64,000 bases of DNA from Eledone cirrhosa (Eukaryota). How positions within the stretch are numbered: position 1 is the stretch's first letter; the number at the start of each line of letters is the position of its first letter. Made by a program: the position numbers and the translations under genes. Positions 50,422 through 61,614 of this stretch are shown piece after piece. The notes under the pieces were generated by a model. That model saw nothing but the letters and a program-made list of their open reading frames with translations. It did not search any database and was not told where the DNA came from. The stretch spans positions 31,868,001-31,932,000 of the forward strand of contig OZ024755.1 in NCBI GenBank assembly GCA_964016885.1. Reading direction: 5' to 3'.

Positions 50422-50829
50422 GACCAAAAACTCAACTTCTTTGCTGGCCTTCAGTGTAACTAACCCTACCAAATGCTTACTAGATAGACTCCACCACTAT
50501 GGATATTGCGCAATCTAACAATCTTCCACTCTGGATTAACAGGTCTTCAATGATTGACTGGTTTGATGAAATACATAGAAAGAGTTGCTGTAAGTTCACA
50601 CAACTTGACATTGTGAAATTTTATTCTTTAATTACTGAGCCCCTCCTAATGAAGCCATTAGATTTCAGCTGTAGGCAATAGCTCGATCACTAGAGTGAAG
50701 GTGCATGGTCTAGCGGTTAGGATGTTGGACTCAAGATTATCAAGTCATGGGATCAATTCCGGGACTGTGTTTTTCAGCAAGGCACTTTATTACTTGTTGC
50801 TTTTCATGATAGAACTGAAGCCCCTGTCA

Positions 50830-51035
50830 TTAATCATTTAGCATTTAAACCAGCTAGAATTCTCTCACCTCTTTCTGTTCAAACCGGCTGTAACCAGCCA
50901 CTCATATTGATGTTAAGGTATTGTTCTCAAAGTAAATAATATCAAAATCTCATAGATTCGATATTACTTGAGATAAAGCCTTTACCATGAAAATACAATA
51001 GAAAATATAGAGTAATGTAAATGCTCAAGGGTTAA
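50830..51035 (-). mobile_element. piggyBac-type MITE
   Basis: Family body ending AAATGCTCAAGGG-TTAA; inverted relative to 50222-50421. Confidence 0.78.
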
Positions 51036-52531
51036 AATACCTGAGCAAACCCCTATGAGATATAACCTCATAAGAGGTCAACTAAACCTACATAGGTGTG
51101 AGTTGTAAATTTATTTTGTTTTTCTTTGATCACTGACCTAGATACTAAGATCATCTTGCATGCCTGAAAGTCTCTACTGGCCTTTGACAAATTATTCTGG
51201 ATCCAGAGGAACTAGGCCACACTTTTCAACATACCCATGGGTTGCTTCAGAGGAGCTTTGGAGTTTATCAGAGAAGTTGTAAAAGAAGCTGTAAAACTAG
51301 ATCTATATAAAGGCATCAGGTTAATCGTAACCCATAACTGAAATGGCCACCAACTAGATAAGCTGTAGAAGGACATAATTAATATCTCCAAAGATTTCAT
51401 CCTAAAATTCACTGTCAGTGTCAACATTAACATATTCAATTTCTTAGACACATCAGTTAACCTAGTTACAGGTACCCACAGCCCTTTTAGAGAGCCCAAC
51501 TAAGTTTTACGCTACATTCTAAGGAATATAGCTGATAATATCAGGAAAAGAATCTCTAGCTTATCTTCCAATGAAGAAACCTTCAACTGTACAGTAGAAT
51601 ACTACAGTAAGGCCCTTAGCAAAAGTGGTTTCACGGATATCATTCACTACACACACACACAGACAAGACACCCACAATTCCAGAAGGACCAGAGAAATGA
51701 AGATCATTTCGTATAATTCGCCACATTTCCTGATATTTTCTAAACCTGATTGGTAAGCACTCCTCTTTAGCAATAGATTCATCAAAATTTCCAATAGAAG
51801 TAACATGAAAGTGAACTATAGTTATATTGATAACTTTACCTGTAGTTAATAGTAGTTTAGTACATACTAGCACTCAAAGTTCCACCCCACATTGCAATTG
51901 CTTCACAGTTATGGAAACAAAAGGAGTACCACATCTCTTTCAAAATCTATCTGAAGGACAAAGGAATCATCAACTACTGCATTGACTGATCACTCATTGA
52001 ATCTGCCACATCTTCAAGTCCATCCTCTGTTGAGTAGTGAAGTATAACATTCTAATGCAATTGTTGCATCCTGCTAAATTAGAGCTGATCTCCTCACATC
52101 CTAACCAAAGGAGCCTTTAAGCTTCTCACTTGATAACGACTGATCCACAAAATTTACTTCACCCCATTTACTCCAGAGTTCTGCTATCAACCATGTTTCC
52201 ATTCTGCTGCACTTAACATTCCTGGAGTAATGCCATTCATCCTTGTAAGATTCCACCAGTAAAACTAACCTCACCTGTGCACGCTGAATATTGATCACCC
52301 ATGCAAGACTCTCAATTCTTTGAACAATCCTTGAAAAAAAACCTCCTCCAAACTACCACAAATAGAAAGAGCTCTACTGCAGGCTTTTTATATGCATGCA
52401 TAAATCCTTATCTGTATGTGTCTGTATATGTGTATACTCCCCCACCACTGGAAATAAGACCTGTCCTGCTAACATTTCGTATATGCATGTATATAGACAC
52501 TTATCTTTGTGTATTATGTGGTAATAGATGA

Positions 52532-52724
52532 GGGCGGTGGATTGGCAGTATCGGTAGAGAGTCGGACGCCATGCTTTGCAGCAAAGAGTTACGGCCCTTT
52601 ATGATCTGAGTTCAAATCCCGCCGAGGTTAACTTTGCCTTTCATCCTTATGGGGGTCGATAAAATAAAGTACCAGTAATGCACTGGGATAATTGCTGGCC
52701 TTGTGCCAAAAGTAGAAACAATTA
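52532..52724 (+). mobile_element. tRNA-derived SINE, second family
   Basis: GGCGGTGGATTGGCAG head, GAGTTCAAATCCC B box, body GCCTTTCATCC..GGGGTCGATAAAATAAAGTACCAG; relatives at 31606-31705, 14425-14552 and 61430-61545. Confidence 0.82.
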
Positions 52725-53022
52725 TGCGGCAGTAGATGTATGCCAGCACGATGGAGTGGACTCCACATACTGTATTTGCATATGAATATGATTCTACATG
52801 TACACACCTGTGTGTGCTTTTGTGTATGACTCCATGGCTAGCCACCTCGTTTCTTCTCACTGGTGTGCAATACCTTCATACTGCTTTCCACATTACTGCA
52901 GTGTGAAATGTTATCCATTTTTTGTATATATATATATATATATGCATATGTGCACACACACAGCCATGCCATGCAATGCAAAAGATGTCACATATCAAGT
53001 AATGCCTGTGCTTGAAGCTTTT

Positions 53023-53246
53023 TTAACCCTTTAGCATTCACATTACTCTATATGTACTATTGTATTTTCATGGTAAAGGCTTTATCTCATAATTATCTCA
53101 CATAATATTGAATCTGAGATTTTGAAAGTATTTATTTTGGGAACAATACCTTAACATCAGTTTGAGTGACCAGTTACAGCCAGTTTCAACAGAAAAAGGT
53201 AGAGAATTCTGGCCAGTTTTGGCTGGTTTGAACATTAAAGGGTTAA
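53023..53246 (+). mobile_element. piggyBac-type MITE, full length
   Basis: TTAA-CCCTTTAGCATT...ACATTAAAGGG-TTAA. Confidence 0.85.
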
Positions 53247-54600
53247 GTGAGGAAAGGCTTTGCATGAAGCTAATCCCACCCTCTGATCATCGAATGCATT
53301 AACCCATAAAGAAGAACTGGTCTACATCATTTGATGCAAATGATGTCGCAGGTTTTATATCAGATTGACCTTCTCCTAGAAAGATGTCTTAATGAAGACT
53401 AGGGGCTCTCTCACTCCGCTGTCCCCTTAAAAAAGGTATTTATATAATAACACTGTAAATGTGGTTGGCGTTAGGAATGGCATATGTTTGTTTATGTAAA
53501 GGGGATCATTGTCACCGTCATGATTGCCACCACACCACCATCTCCACTAGCAGTACCCTACAATCACCACCTTCTCCACCTCAGTCCACTCACTCCATGG
53601 TCTGCTTTTCAACTGGTTCAAATCACAGCCACTACAACTAATCCCTCACTAGTCTGCTCCGCTTTCATTCACCTAAGCCCCCCCCTATTAACACCTTACC
53701 TCTTCGCCTTCATCACCACAACAAATGCCACCACTCTTGCTATCATCATCATCTTTGTCACCCTCACAACTTCTTTTATCATCATCATTATCATCATCAT
53801 CATCTTCCACGCTAGCATGGGTTGGACGGGTTTGTCCCACTTGAGGCAAGATTGTTCAGGTGATCGTGTCTCGCTCGTACAGAACTGTTTCTGGCTGGAT
53901 GCCCTTCCTAACACCAACCACATTTACAGTGTGGACTGGGTACTTTTTGTCGTGTCACCTACACAACCATTTTATATCTACCAGTACTGGCCTTTGTCTT
54001 CCATCATTATCATCACTGCTTCTGTCATTCTTTTACTTCCACATCTCCAACCACAAGTAATAGTTATGCCAAACTATCATCACAACAAGTCTCTTCAATG
54101 TTCTGATACATGTACAGTGTATCTGTGGGTGTCTATGTATGTGTGTATGGCTGCATAGTCTGTGTGTTTGTGCATTTGTGTATGGCTGCATAGTCTGTGT
54201 GTTTGTACAAGTGTAAATGTGTTTATAGCTTCTGTGTGTATATATGTGTACGTCGCCTGTGTATATGTGTATGTAGCCTCTGTGTGAGTGTGTCTATATA
54301 TATGCACATAGCCTCTGTATATATGTACGTAGCCTGTGAGTTAATCAACTTATGTCTTTGATCTACCACAGGTTTCTTGACATTTACTTAATTGTTTTTC
54401 TCTTTGTTTTATTTGTTATAATATTGCCAGAAATATATAATAAAACACACTCACTGTTTGGTTTGGTCCCTGAATTGACATTCATTAAATGGCTCTAGTT
54501 TACACCTATTACCAGTTTGTAAAGTACTCTTAGTAAGGGAGCTATAGACCCATGAGTCTGGGTCTTCCTCTTAATGATGACACAAGGTGATAGTCTAGGA

Positions 54601-55054
54601 CAGAGGTTAGCAAACCCTGGCCCCCAAAGGATTTTTGTCTGGCCCGCCAACAGGTTTCAATCTTAGGCTAAGTGATCCTTGAAAAAGTGCTCTGAATTAT
54701 TTTGTATTAGAATACTGACTAGAGAACACATCTAGCCATAAGACTCATTGAGCTGGACATAATGTTTTGCATGACAGTAACAAACTCAGACATATACAGT
54801 AGTCAGGCATCAAAGTTGAGGGGTCTGTGTGTGTGTGTTACCATTTCTGGCTGTATCTTATTTGTAGTAAAGAATGTCGTGAAAGTAATATCACATAAAA
54901 CTCATTGTTCTTCTTTAAATCCTGGGATTAAGGCAGCCTTCTGGACAGAGCAGTCTGAAGTCAAGCAAATTTATTATATTTTGGTATCATGGCCCACCAA
55001 TGAGACACTGCATAGCAATGTGGCCCGCATACCCCAAAAGATTGCCAATCCCTG
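54601..55054. mobile_element. hAT-type non-autonomous element
   Basis: TIRs CAGAGGTTAGCAA / TTGCCAATCCCTG; 8-bp target duplication GTCTAGGA / GTCTTGGA; subterminal TGGCCC repeats. Confidence 0.8.
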
Positions 55055-55597
55055 GTCTTGGAGGTTCAATATGGAGATTAAAATGTTAGGGATCAAATGA
55101 TCATGAGACTTTTTGACCATCTATTCCCAGGTCCTGCACATTGTGTGAGATGAACAGTTTTACTGGTATACATATGGTATTATGTGATCTCCCTAGTCAC
55201 CCCCGTGATCTAGGGCTTGACAACTGTGTCCAGCATATCTATGAATATAATGTCATTGATCCTATGACCTTGAGGATACAAGTATAGTGGCATGACATGA
55301 CCCTCATTGTTCATGATCTCCAAGACCATCACAGATTATGTTATTTGCATAATAATTATTTGCTTAGTCGGGCTGGAGCAGACCCAACTGCCATTCTTCT
55401 TGGAATCCTTTTGATCTTAGTCAATGATTTTCTCATCTGAGTAGAAGCAGAGAATGTCGGGCAGCAAGAGATTCTTCACTTTGTTCAGCATGCTCTTCAA
55501 CCAGATCTCACATTTCACCAAACTAGAGAGATTGTCGTGACATCAATGTGACTGAAGAGCCTTCTCTATTCCAGCCACTAAATACTAAAAGTCTGTC

Positions 55598-55862
55598 TTA
55601 AGCCAGAAGGCTCATTTGGCCAGTGCTTATCCCAGTTTCATGGCGTGAAGCGACTGAGAGTACAAGACTTCCCCCTGAACAGGACGCCAGTTCATCGCAG
55701 GATTAAACTTCCAGCTATTGCTGGTACTCATTTTCAGCTGAGTATACTGGAGCAACGTGAAATGAAGTGTTTTGCTCAAGAACACAACACGCAACCCAGG
55801 AATCGAACCCACGACATTATGATCGTAAGTCCAACACCCTTACCACTAGGCCACGTGCCTCC
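55598..55862 (-). mobile_element. tRNA-derived SINE
   Basis: Head GGAGGCACGTGGCCTAGTGGTAAGGG, B box GGTTCGATTCC; flanked by duplicated CCACTAAATACT. Confidence 0.88.
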
Positions 55863-56420
55863 ACTAAATACTCCAGTGTGTTAAATACCTTTTATTGTAG
55901 CCTTCTTCTAGAGAAGGCACTTTGTTAATAGGAAGGCATGACCAATAGTGAATAAGATGGGGAGTGATGGGTAAGAGTGATGGCAGGGAGTCACCTTGTT
56001 CCAAAGCAATCATGATCAGGAAGCAGTGGTGGGAGGGGTCTGATTATGTAAGATAGATGGGAATGGGTCTGCATGGTAGTTGTAGGATGGTGAATAGATA
56101 AACAATAGGAGGGGAACAAGGAAGAGGTGTGCAAGGTGCGCAACATATGGATAGCAGCTTGGGTGGGTGAATAGAATCATGTGGAGAAGAGAGGATGATG
56201 GACAGCAATAGATTATAGTGCAAGAGAGAGAGAGAGCGAGAGAGAGCGATGGTTGGCAGAGGTGGGACATAGGTAAATAGATATATCAGTGAAGTGGGGG
56301 TCAAGGTGCAGTGATGTAAACGTGATGGGCAGGATGTGTATAATCATGCCAGGTACCACTTCTCACTACATGGCAGTGTTATATATATTTAGTTATGTAA
56401 TAAACAACATAAGATAATTA

Positions 56421-56480
56421 TTTCATTTACCAGCGGTTTCTTGAAAGCAAACAAATTTGCTTTCAGTCATCAGAATGAAA
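56421..56480 (-). ncRNA. Type I hammerhead ribozyme motif (minus-strand copy)
   Basis: TTTCATT-CTGATGA-CTGAAAGCAAA..TTTGCTTTCAA-GAAA-CCGCTGG-TA-AATGAAA; first stem II pair is a C/A mismatch. Confidence 0.75.
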
Positions 56481-56492
56481 AAATCCTGGTGT

Positions 56493-56552
56493 TTTCATTC
56501 TGATGACTGAAAGCAAATTTGTTTGCTTTCAAGAAACCACTGGTAAATGAAA
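56493..56552 (+). ncRNA. Type I hammerhead ribozyme motif (plus-strand copy)
   Basis: Same architecture; stem III ACC(ACT)GGT; triplet GUA. Confidence 0.78.
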
Positions 56553-57038
56553 TAATTATCTTATGTTGTTTATTACATAACTAATAAGCTCTGTAACCTA
56601 CATAGAGCACTCTTTTTTCCTGGACCTTTCCGATGGAATTACTTCATTTATATATATATATATATATATATATATCATCATCATCGTTTAACGTCCATCT
56701 TCCACGCTTGCGTGGGTTTGGACGGGAGTTTTCCCACTTGAGGCAAGATTGGTTGTCTTGCTTGTATAGGTCTGTCTGGCGGGTTTTCTACGGCTGGATG
56801 CCCTTCCTAACACCAACCCCGTTTACAGTGTGGACTGGGAGGTTTTTACCGTGTTACCTACACGGCCACATTACAGTGTGGGCTGTGTGTTTTTTGTCGT
56901 GACACCTACACGACCTCATTTGTTTCGGACTGGATGTTGTGGTACCAACATAACTTCACATTGAAAGGGGTAGTGTGGATGGGGTGGGGGTAGTGGGACG
57001 GGGGTGTATTTTTGTTAGAGGTGCCTACTGACTGTAGG

Positions 57039-57075
<37 letters not shown>

Positions 57076-57197
57076 CAACACCAGCATCAACTGTTATCCA
57101 AGAGATGGCAACATGAATGAACCTGTTATTTTTCTCTAAAACATTTTTACCAATTCTGCCCTGCCTGTCCCTTCAGTCTTTCTAATTTCTCATTCTT

Positions 57198-57233
57198 TCT
57201 TCTGATGAAGGACTAGCATCCGAAACGTTAAGA
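57198..57233 (+). ncRNA. Minimal hammerhead ribozyme motif (PLE type)
   Basis: TCTT-CTGATGA-A-GGA(CTAGCA)TCC-GAAAC-GT-T-AAGA; loopless palindromic stem III (AACGTT). Confidence 0.65.
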
Positions 57234-57438
57234 CCCTCTTCCTGCTATTTCAAGCGTTAAACTAATATATTCCTTCCATTTACTGTACCATTTGTGTTAT
57301 TTCTGTTTACCTTTTTCAAATATATATAGTTTAGGGATTGTAATGTCAAGTTACTGTAGGTTCACCAATGTGAGGACCCAATGTGTAGTCTCCAGTATGT
57401 ATTTTGGGGTTGTACTAAACAGAATGTAATAATAATAA

Positions 57439-57645
57439 TAATATGGACCAGGTGTCAAATTTTCATTACGTTTATTTTTAACCCTGTATGGCAATCGTTC
57501 CGTCATTCTGCTAACAGAAGTCTGATGAGCTTTTGATTCCAGAATTGGGCCCGATCAATACGGACTGAACCTTGAGCTGATCAATCACAAAACACACGTC
57601 ACACCTGAATAAACATAATGAAAATTTGACACCTCATCCATATTA
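57439..57645. repeat. Fold-back element with degenerate hammerhead core in the loop
   Basis: Arms TAATATGGA..AGGTGTCAAATTTTCATTA / TAATGAAAATTTGACACCT..TCCATATTA; loop has CTGATGAG...CAAAACACACGTC. Confidence 0.7.
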
Positions 57646-57650
57646 TATAT

Positions 57651-57998
57651 ATCATCATCATTTTCATCATTTCATTTTACGTCCGCTTTTTCCCTGCTTG
57701 CAAGGGTGGGACAGGAACTGATTCTGGCTTGATTTCTACAGCTGGATGCCCTTCCTAACACCAACCTCATTTACAGTGAGTGCTGGGTGCTTTTTTGCCG
57801 TGGCACCTCCACGACCACTTTGCAGTGGAATGATAGGGACCGCAGTCCCTATCATCTCATTTTTACAGCTGAGTAAACTGGAGCAATGTGAAATAAAGTG
57901 TCTTGCTCAAGGAAACAACACATCACCTGGTCTGAGAATTGAACTCACAACCTTTCGATTGCAAGGCCAATGCTCTAACCACTAAGCCATGCGCCTCC
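57651..57998 (-). mobile_element. Full-length tRNA-derived SINE
   Basis: Near-identical to 47123-47460 and 58216-58558. Confidence 0.9.
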
Positions 57999-58215
57999 AT
58001 ATATATATATATAGGATCAATAGAGTGTGATATATGGGATGGTTGTAGTTGATACAGCAATAGGTGGATTAAGGAAATTAATAGCAGCATTTTGGGAACC
58101 TTGCAGTTTGCAGTGACCATTTCCTCCAGTACCACGTGCCACCAGTCGCTGCAGTCCTTTGTGTGTGTGTGTGTGTGTATATATATTATATATATATATA
58201 ATATATATATATAAT

Positions 58216-58558
58216 GGAGGCACATAGCTTAGTGGTTAGAGCATTGGCCTTGCAATCGAAAGGTTGTGAGTTCAATTCTCAGACCGGGTGATGTGTTGTG
58301 TCCTTGAGCAAGACACTTTATTTCACATTGCTCCAGTTTACTCAGCTGTAGAAATGAGATGATAGGGACTGAGATCCCTATCATTCCACTGCAAAGTGGT
58401 CGTGGAGGTGCCACGGCTAAAAAGCACCCAGCACTCACTGTAAATGAGGTTGGTGTTAGGAAGGGCATCCAGCTGTATCAAGCCAGAATCAGTTCCCGTC
58501 CCACCCTTGCAAGCAGGGAAAAAGTGGACGTAAAATGAAATGATGATGAAATGATGAT
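58216..58558 (+). mobile_element. Full-length tRNA-derived SINE
   Basis: A box TAGCTTAGTGG, B box GAGTTCAATTCTC, central TGTGTCCTTGAGCAAGACACTT, (ATG)n tail. Confidence 0.9.
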
Positions 58559-58764
58559 ATGTATATATATGTATATATATATATATGTATATGTATATAG
58601 TTCAAGGGGACGACAAAAGAGAGGTACAAAAAGTCTTATTAGTTTCACACTTAAAAGGGGAAAGAAAGTTCAACGTGTCGGGCTTCAGCGTGTCTTCAGA
58701 AATAGAAAAATAGAGACAGGATCACAATGGATAGATACAGAAAGTAAAAGGTATATATATATAT

Positions 58765-58958
58765 AGAACGGAGGAAATGTGGTAAGGAACCAGGTGGACC
58801 ATAACGTACCAAAGTACTCAATACTTAGGGTAGTAGAGTGGGTAATAGGAACGAGTAGGACCCCGACGGCTGAGCTCAAGCCGTTTCGACGGCTAATGAG
58901 TCCAGAATTAGCCGTCGAAACAGCTTGAGCTCAGCCGTCGGGGTCCTACTCGTTCCTA
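58765..58958. repeat. GC-rich fold-back element (51-bp arms) with tail
   Basis: 58846-58896 is the reverse complement of ~58906-58958 with one mismatch; related sequence at 24668-24790 and 61170-61245. Confidence 0.88.
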
Positions 58959-59853
58959 TATATATATATATATATAAATGAAAATGTCTTCCTGTCTGTA
59001 TACATTTCCAGTTTCCATCCGATTTTGTTCAAATTTGATACAGAGGTTATTTAGCATGTCAACATATAGTTTAAATCTTTCTCTCCCTTAAAATAGTCCC
59101 TTAAAAGAGTTCTGGTGTTATTTAAAGATAGCCCTGTGGTGACAACAATGGGCTCTTTTGCTAGTATATATACAATAAAAATCCAGTCTACGAGCAGTGA
59201 ATTGATGGAATTGCTAGAACATCAGACAAGATGCTTTGAGGCATTTGTTTCAGTTATTTGTGTTCTGAGTTGAAATTCTGTGATCATAGAGAGAAATGGA
59301 AATTTGCCATATTTACTCAATTTTCTTCAAAATCCTGGTGTGAGAAAAGCTGCATTCTGAAAAATGTATGCTATCAAGTAGATTTTATTAATATATATAA
59401 ATATATATATATATAGATATATATATGCACACACACCAAGAAGATGACACACGACCAAGCTCACTGGCAATATACCAAAATACAAAAGACCGCCCACCAG
59501 TACAAGCACTGCGACACTGAAAGTAAATATGGCTAGTGAACAGAGACAGTTTAGAGTTTGAAAAAACTCTTCAGTTTGGGGAAGCATATAACAACTTTTG
59601 TAGTGCAGGTGCCATGATAAAAGGTGCCTCTAGTACACTCTGTAAAGTGGTAGTGCTGGTGTCTTGAAAAAATACACACAGACAGTACACCTTGTTAGGT
59701 GTTTGGCATTAGGAAGGGCATCCATTCATAGAAACCATGCCAAATATGGAACATATGTGTAAAATAAGGTCACTCCAACCCATGCCAGTATGGAAAACGG
59801 CTGCAAAATGATGAAATATATATATTATATAATGAATCATTATTTATACTATA

Positions 59854-59884
<31 letters not shown>

Positions 59885-59885
<1 letters not shown>

Positions 59886-60132
59886 AGCCTGTAGGTTGAG
59901 GAAAAGGAGGAGGAGAGGAAAGGAGTACAAGCTCTTCGTACTCCTGGAGATGAGGGTTGCACATTTTTTTCGGGGGTCTGTGTTACCCATATAAACTGTC
60001 TCCCTCTATTGGGGAAAATCGACTAACTTTTAAATTCCATCTGTGATAACATTTTACACGTTTTTATTGTATGTAAACTTCCCCCTTTGTATTTGTCCCC
60101 TTCTTTTGTGCCCCTGTGGCTAATAAAGAAAT
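59885..60132 (+). mobile_element. Probable 3' end of a non-LTR retrotransposon inserted in (TATC)n
   Basis: Ends ...CCCCTGTGGCTAATAAAGAAA; (TATC)n on both sides. Confidence 0.5.
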
Positions 60133-60133
60133 A

Positions 60134-60196
<63 letters not shown>

Positions 60197-61549
60197 ATGT
60201 ACATGTGTGTATGTTTGTGTTTTCTATTACTATATCTATCTTCATTTTATCAGCATTAAATCTGTTTTAATTTGATTCCCGTTTTTCATCTAGTAAAATC
60301 CAACAACAATAGCATCACCATCAATGGTATGCATGCAGTAGCATGTTTATTATCATCGACAAAGATTTTATTATTTTTCAGTCAATGTAGGAATATCGTT
60401 AATATATGTGTTCATTGCAGTGAGTTGGGAGTGTCTACTGGTCTTTTCAACATAAACAACTAAGTGACCTAGCTTACCATTTAAATAGTAGGTGCACTGT
60501 TGTTGCATCACCCTGATTGGCTGTTGAATTGTATGACAACCACAGCTAAGCAGCTACCATTACTGTCTTTTTTGCTGTGGCAATTTACTGCTGCAAATTC
60601 ATCAATAGTTTGTTGATCTTTTTTCTTCTTTTTTTTTTTTTTTTTGGCTTCTTTTTTTTTTTCTTTTTCATTCTTACTATGTCATGAATGCACGTGTCAC
60701 ATCTTTCTTTATTTTCTCTGAAATCATTCAATATTTTATTTCAGTATTTGTGACTTCAGGTAAAGATATTTAGTGACATAAATTTATTTCTCTTACTTTG
60801 TTTGATACATGAGTTATTATCTTTTTTCTCTATCTCTTGTATCTGTTCCAATTAGTTGTTTTCTCCCATACATTGATTAGCTCCTTAATTAGAAATAGTC
60901 TTGTCAAATAATTTATTCAATTTCCTTTAAAAAGCTTTGATATTATGAAACAAAAATGGTTGATAGGATTGTAGATTTTGTTTACTGTTAAAGAAAGAGT
61001 TAAAATAAAATATGAAATATAAAATATTGGAGGAAGTGACTGGTGTTTGATAGTGAAATTTGTTATCACTATTTTATTAGTGATGGGTCATAGGAAACTT
61101 TTCACTTTATGCCAGTTGATATATATCTGGATTAAACCAGTATTAAATTAGTTAGACCATACATAATTCAACAGAGTACTTGATACTTGGGATAGTAGAG
61201 TGTGACTATATTAGAAAGAGTCGGGGCCTGACAGCTGAACTCGTGTGTGTGTGGACCCGCAACTCCTAATGGAGTCGTAGGGGTGCCATATTGACATAGG
61301 GCGTTTCTTGGGCATTTTAAAACTTGACAAGGCCCATCTCCTCTCCAAGTCCTAACACAGCAGATTTCTTCCAATGAAGGATAGTGTGAGCGAAAGAAAG
61401 TGGGAAAGGATATAGAGGTACTAGACGGATACATTTTTATCGAACTTGAAAGGATGAAAGATAAAGTTGATCTTGGTGGGATTTGAACTCAGAAAGCAGA
61501 GACAGCAAAGCATTCTATCTGACATTCTAGTGACTGCCAATTCACTGCT

Positions 61550-61550
<1 letters not shown>

Positions 61551-61613
<63 letters not shown>
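61551..61613. repeat. (GT)n microsatellite
   Basis: About 31 GT units. Confidence 0.97.

Positions 61614-61614
<1 letters not shown>

Larger units (their letters stand above)
49600..51900 (+). mobile_element. Decayed Penelope-like retroelement reverse transcriptase, interrupted by MITEs and a SINE fragment
   Basis: WINRSSMIDWFDEIHRKSCCKFTQLDIVKFYSLITEPLLMKPLDF; FNIPMGCFRGA; NINIFNFLDTSVNLVTGTHSPFREPN; IRKRISSLSSNEETFN..YYSKALSKSGF; NRSNMKVNYSY - ordered motifs typical of PLE RT, with many stops and frameshifts. Confidence 0.78.
56390..56650. mobile_element. Fold-back element, same family as 45179-45470
   Basis: Arms 56390-56481 and 56492-56583 plus the shared tail. Confidence 0.85.

Noticed and set aside
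58216-58290. tRNA genes at SINE heads (also near 47400-47460, 55790-55862, 57930-57998)
   Set aside because: A and B boxes are present but there is no complete cloverleaf, and each continues into a shared SINE body and tail.
58614-58700. Minus-strand hammerhead (CTGAAGA...GTGTGAAACTAATAAGAC)
   Set aside because: Core-like words are present but stems I and III do not pair convincingly; at best a degenerate relic.
60680-60765. Coding first exon of Kv1 ending at CAG|GTAAAG (60759)
   Set aside because: In the required frame a TGA at 60719-60721 is followed by no ATG; it could only be a non-coding or short internal exon, and I have no further support.
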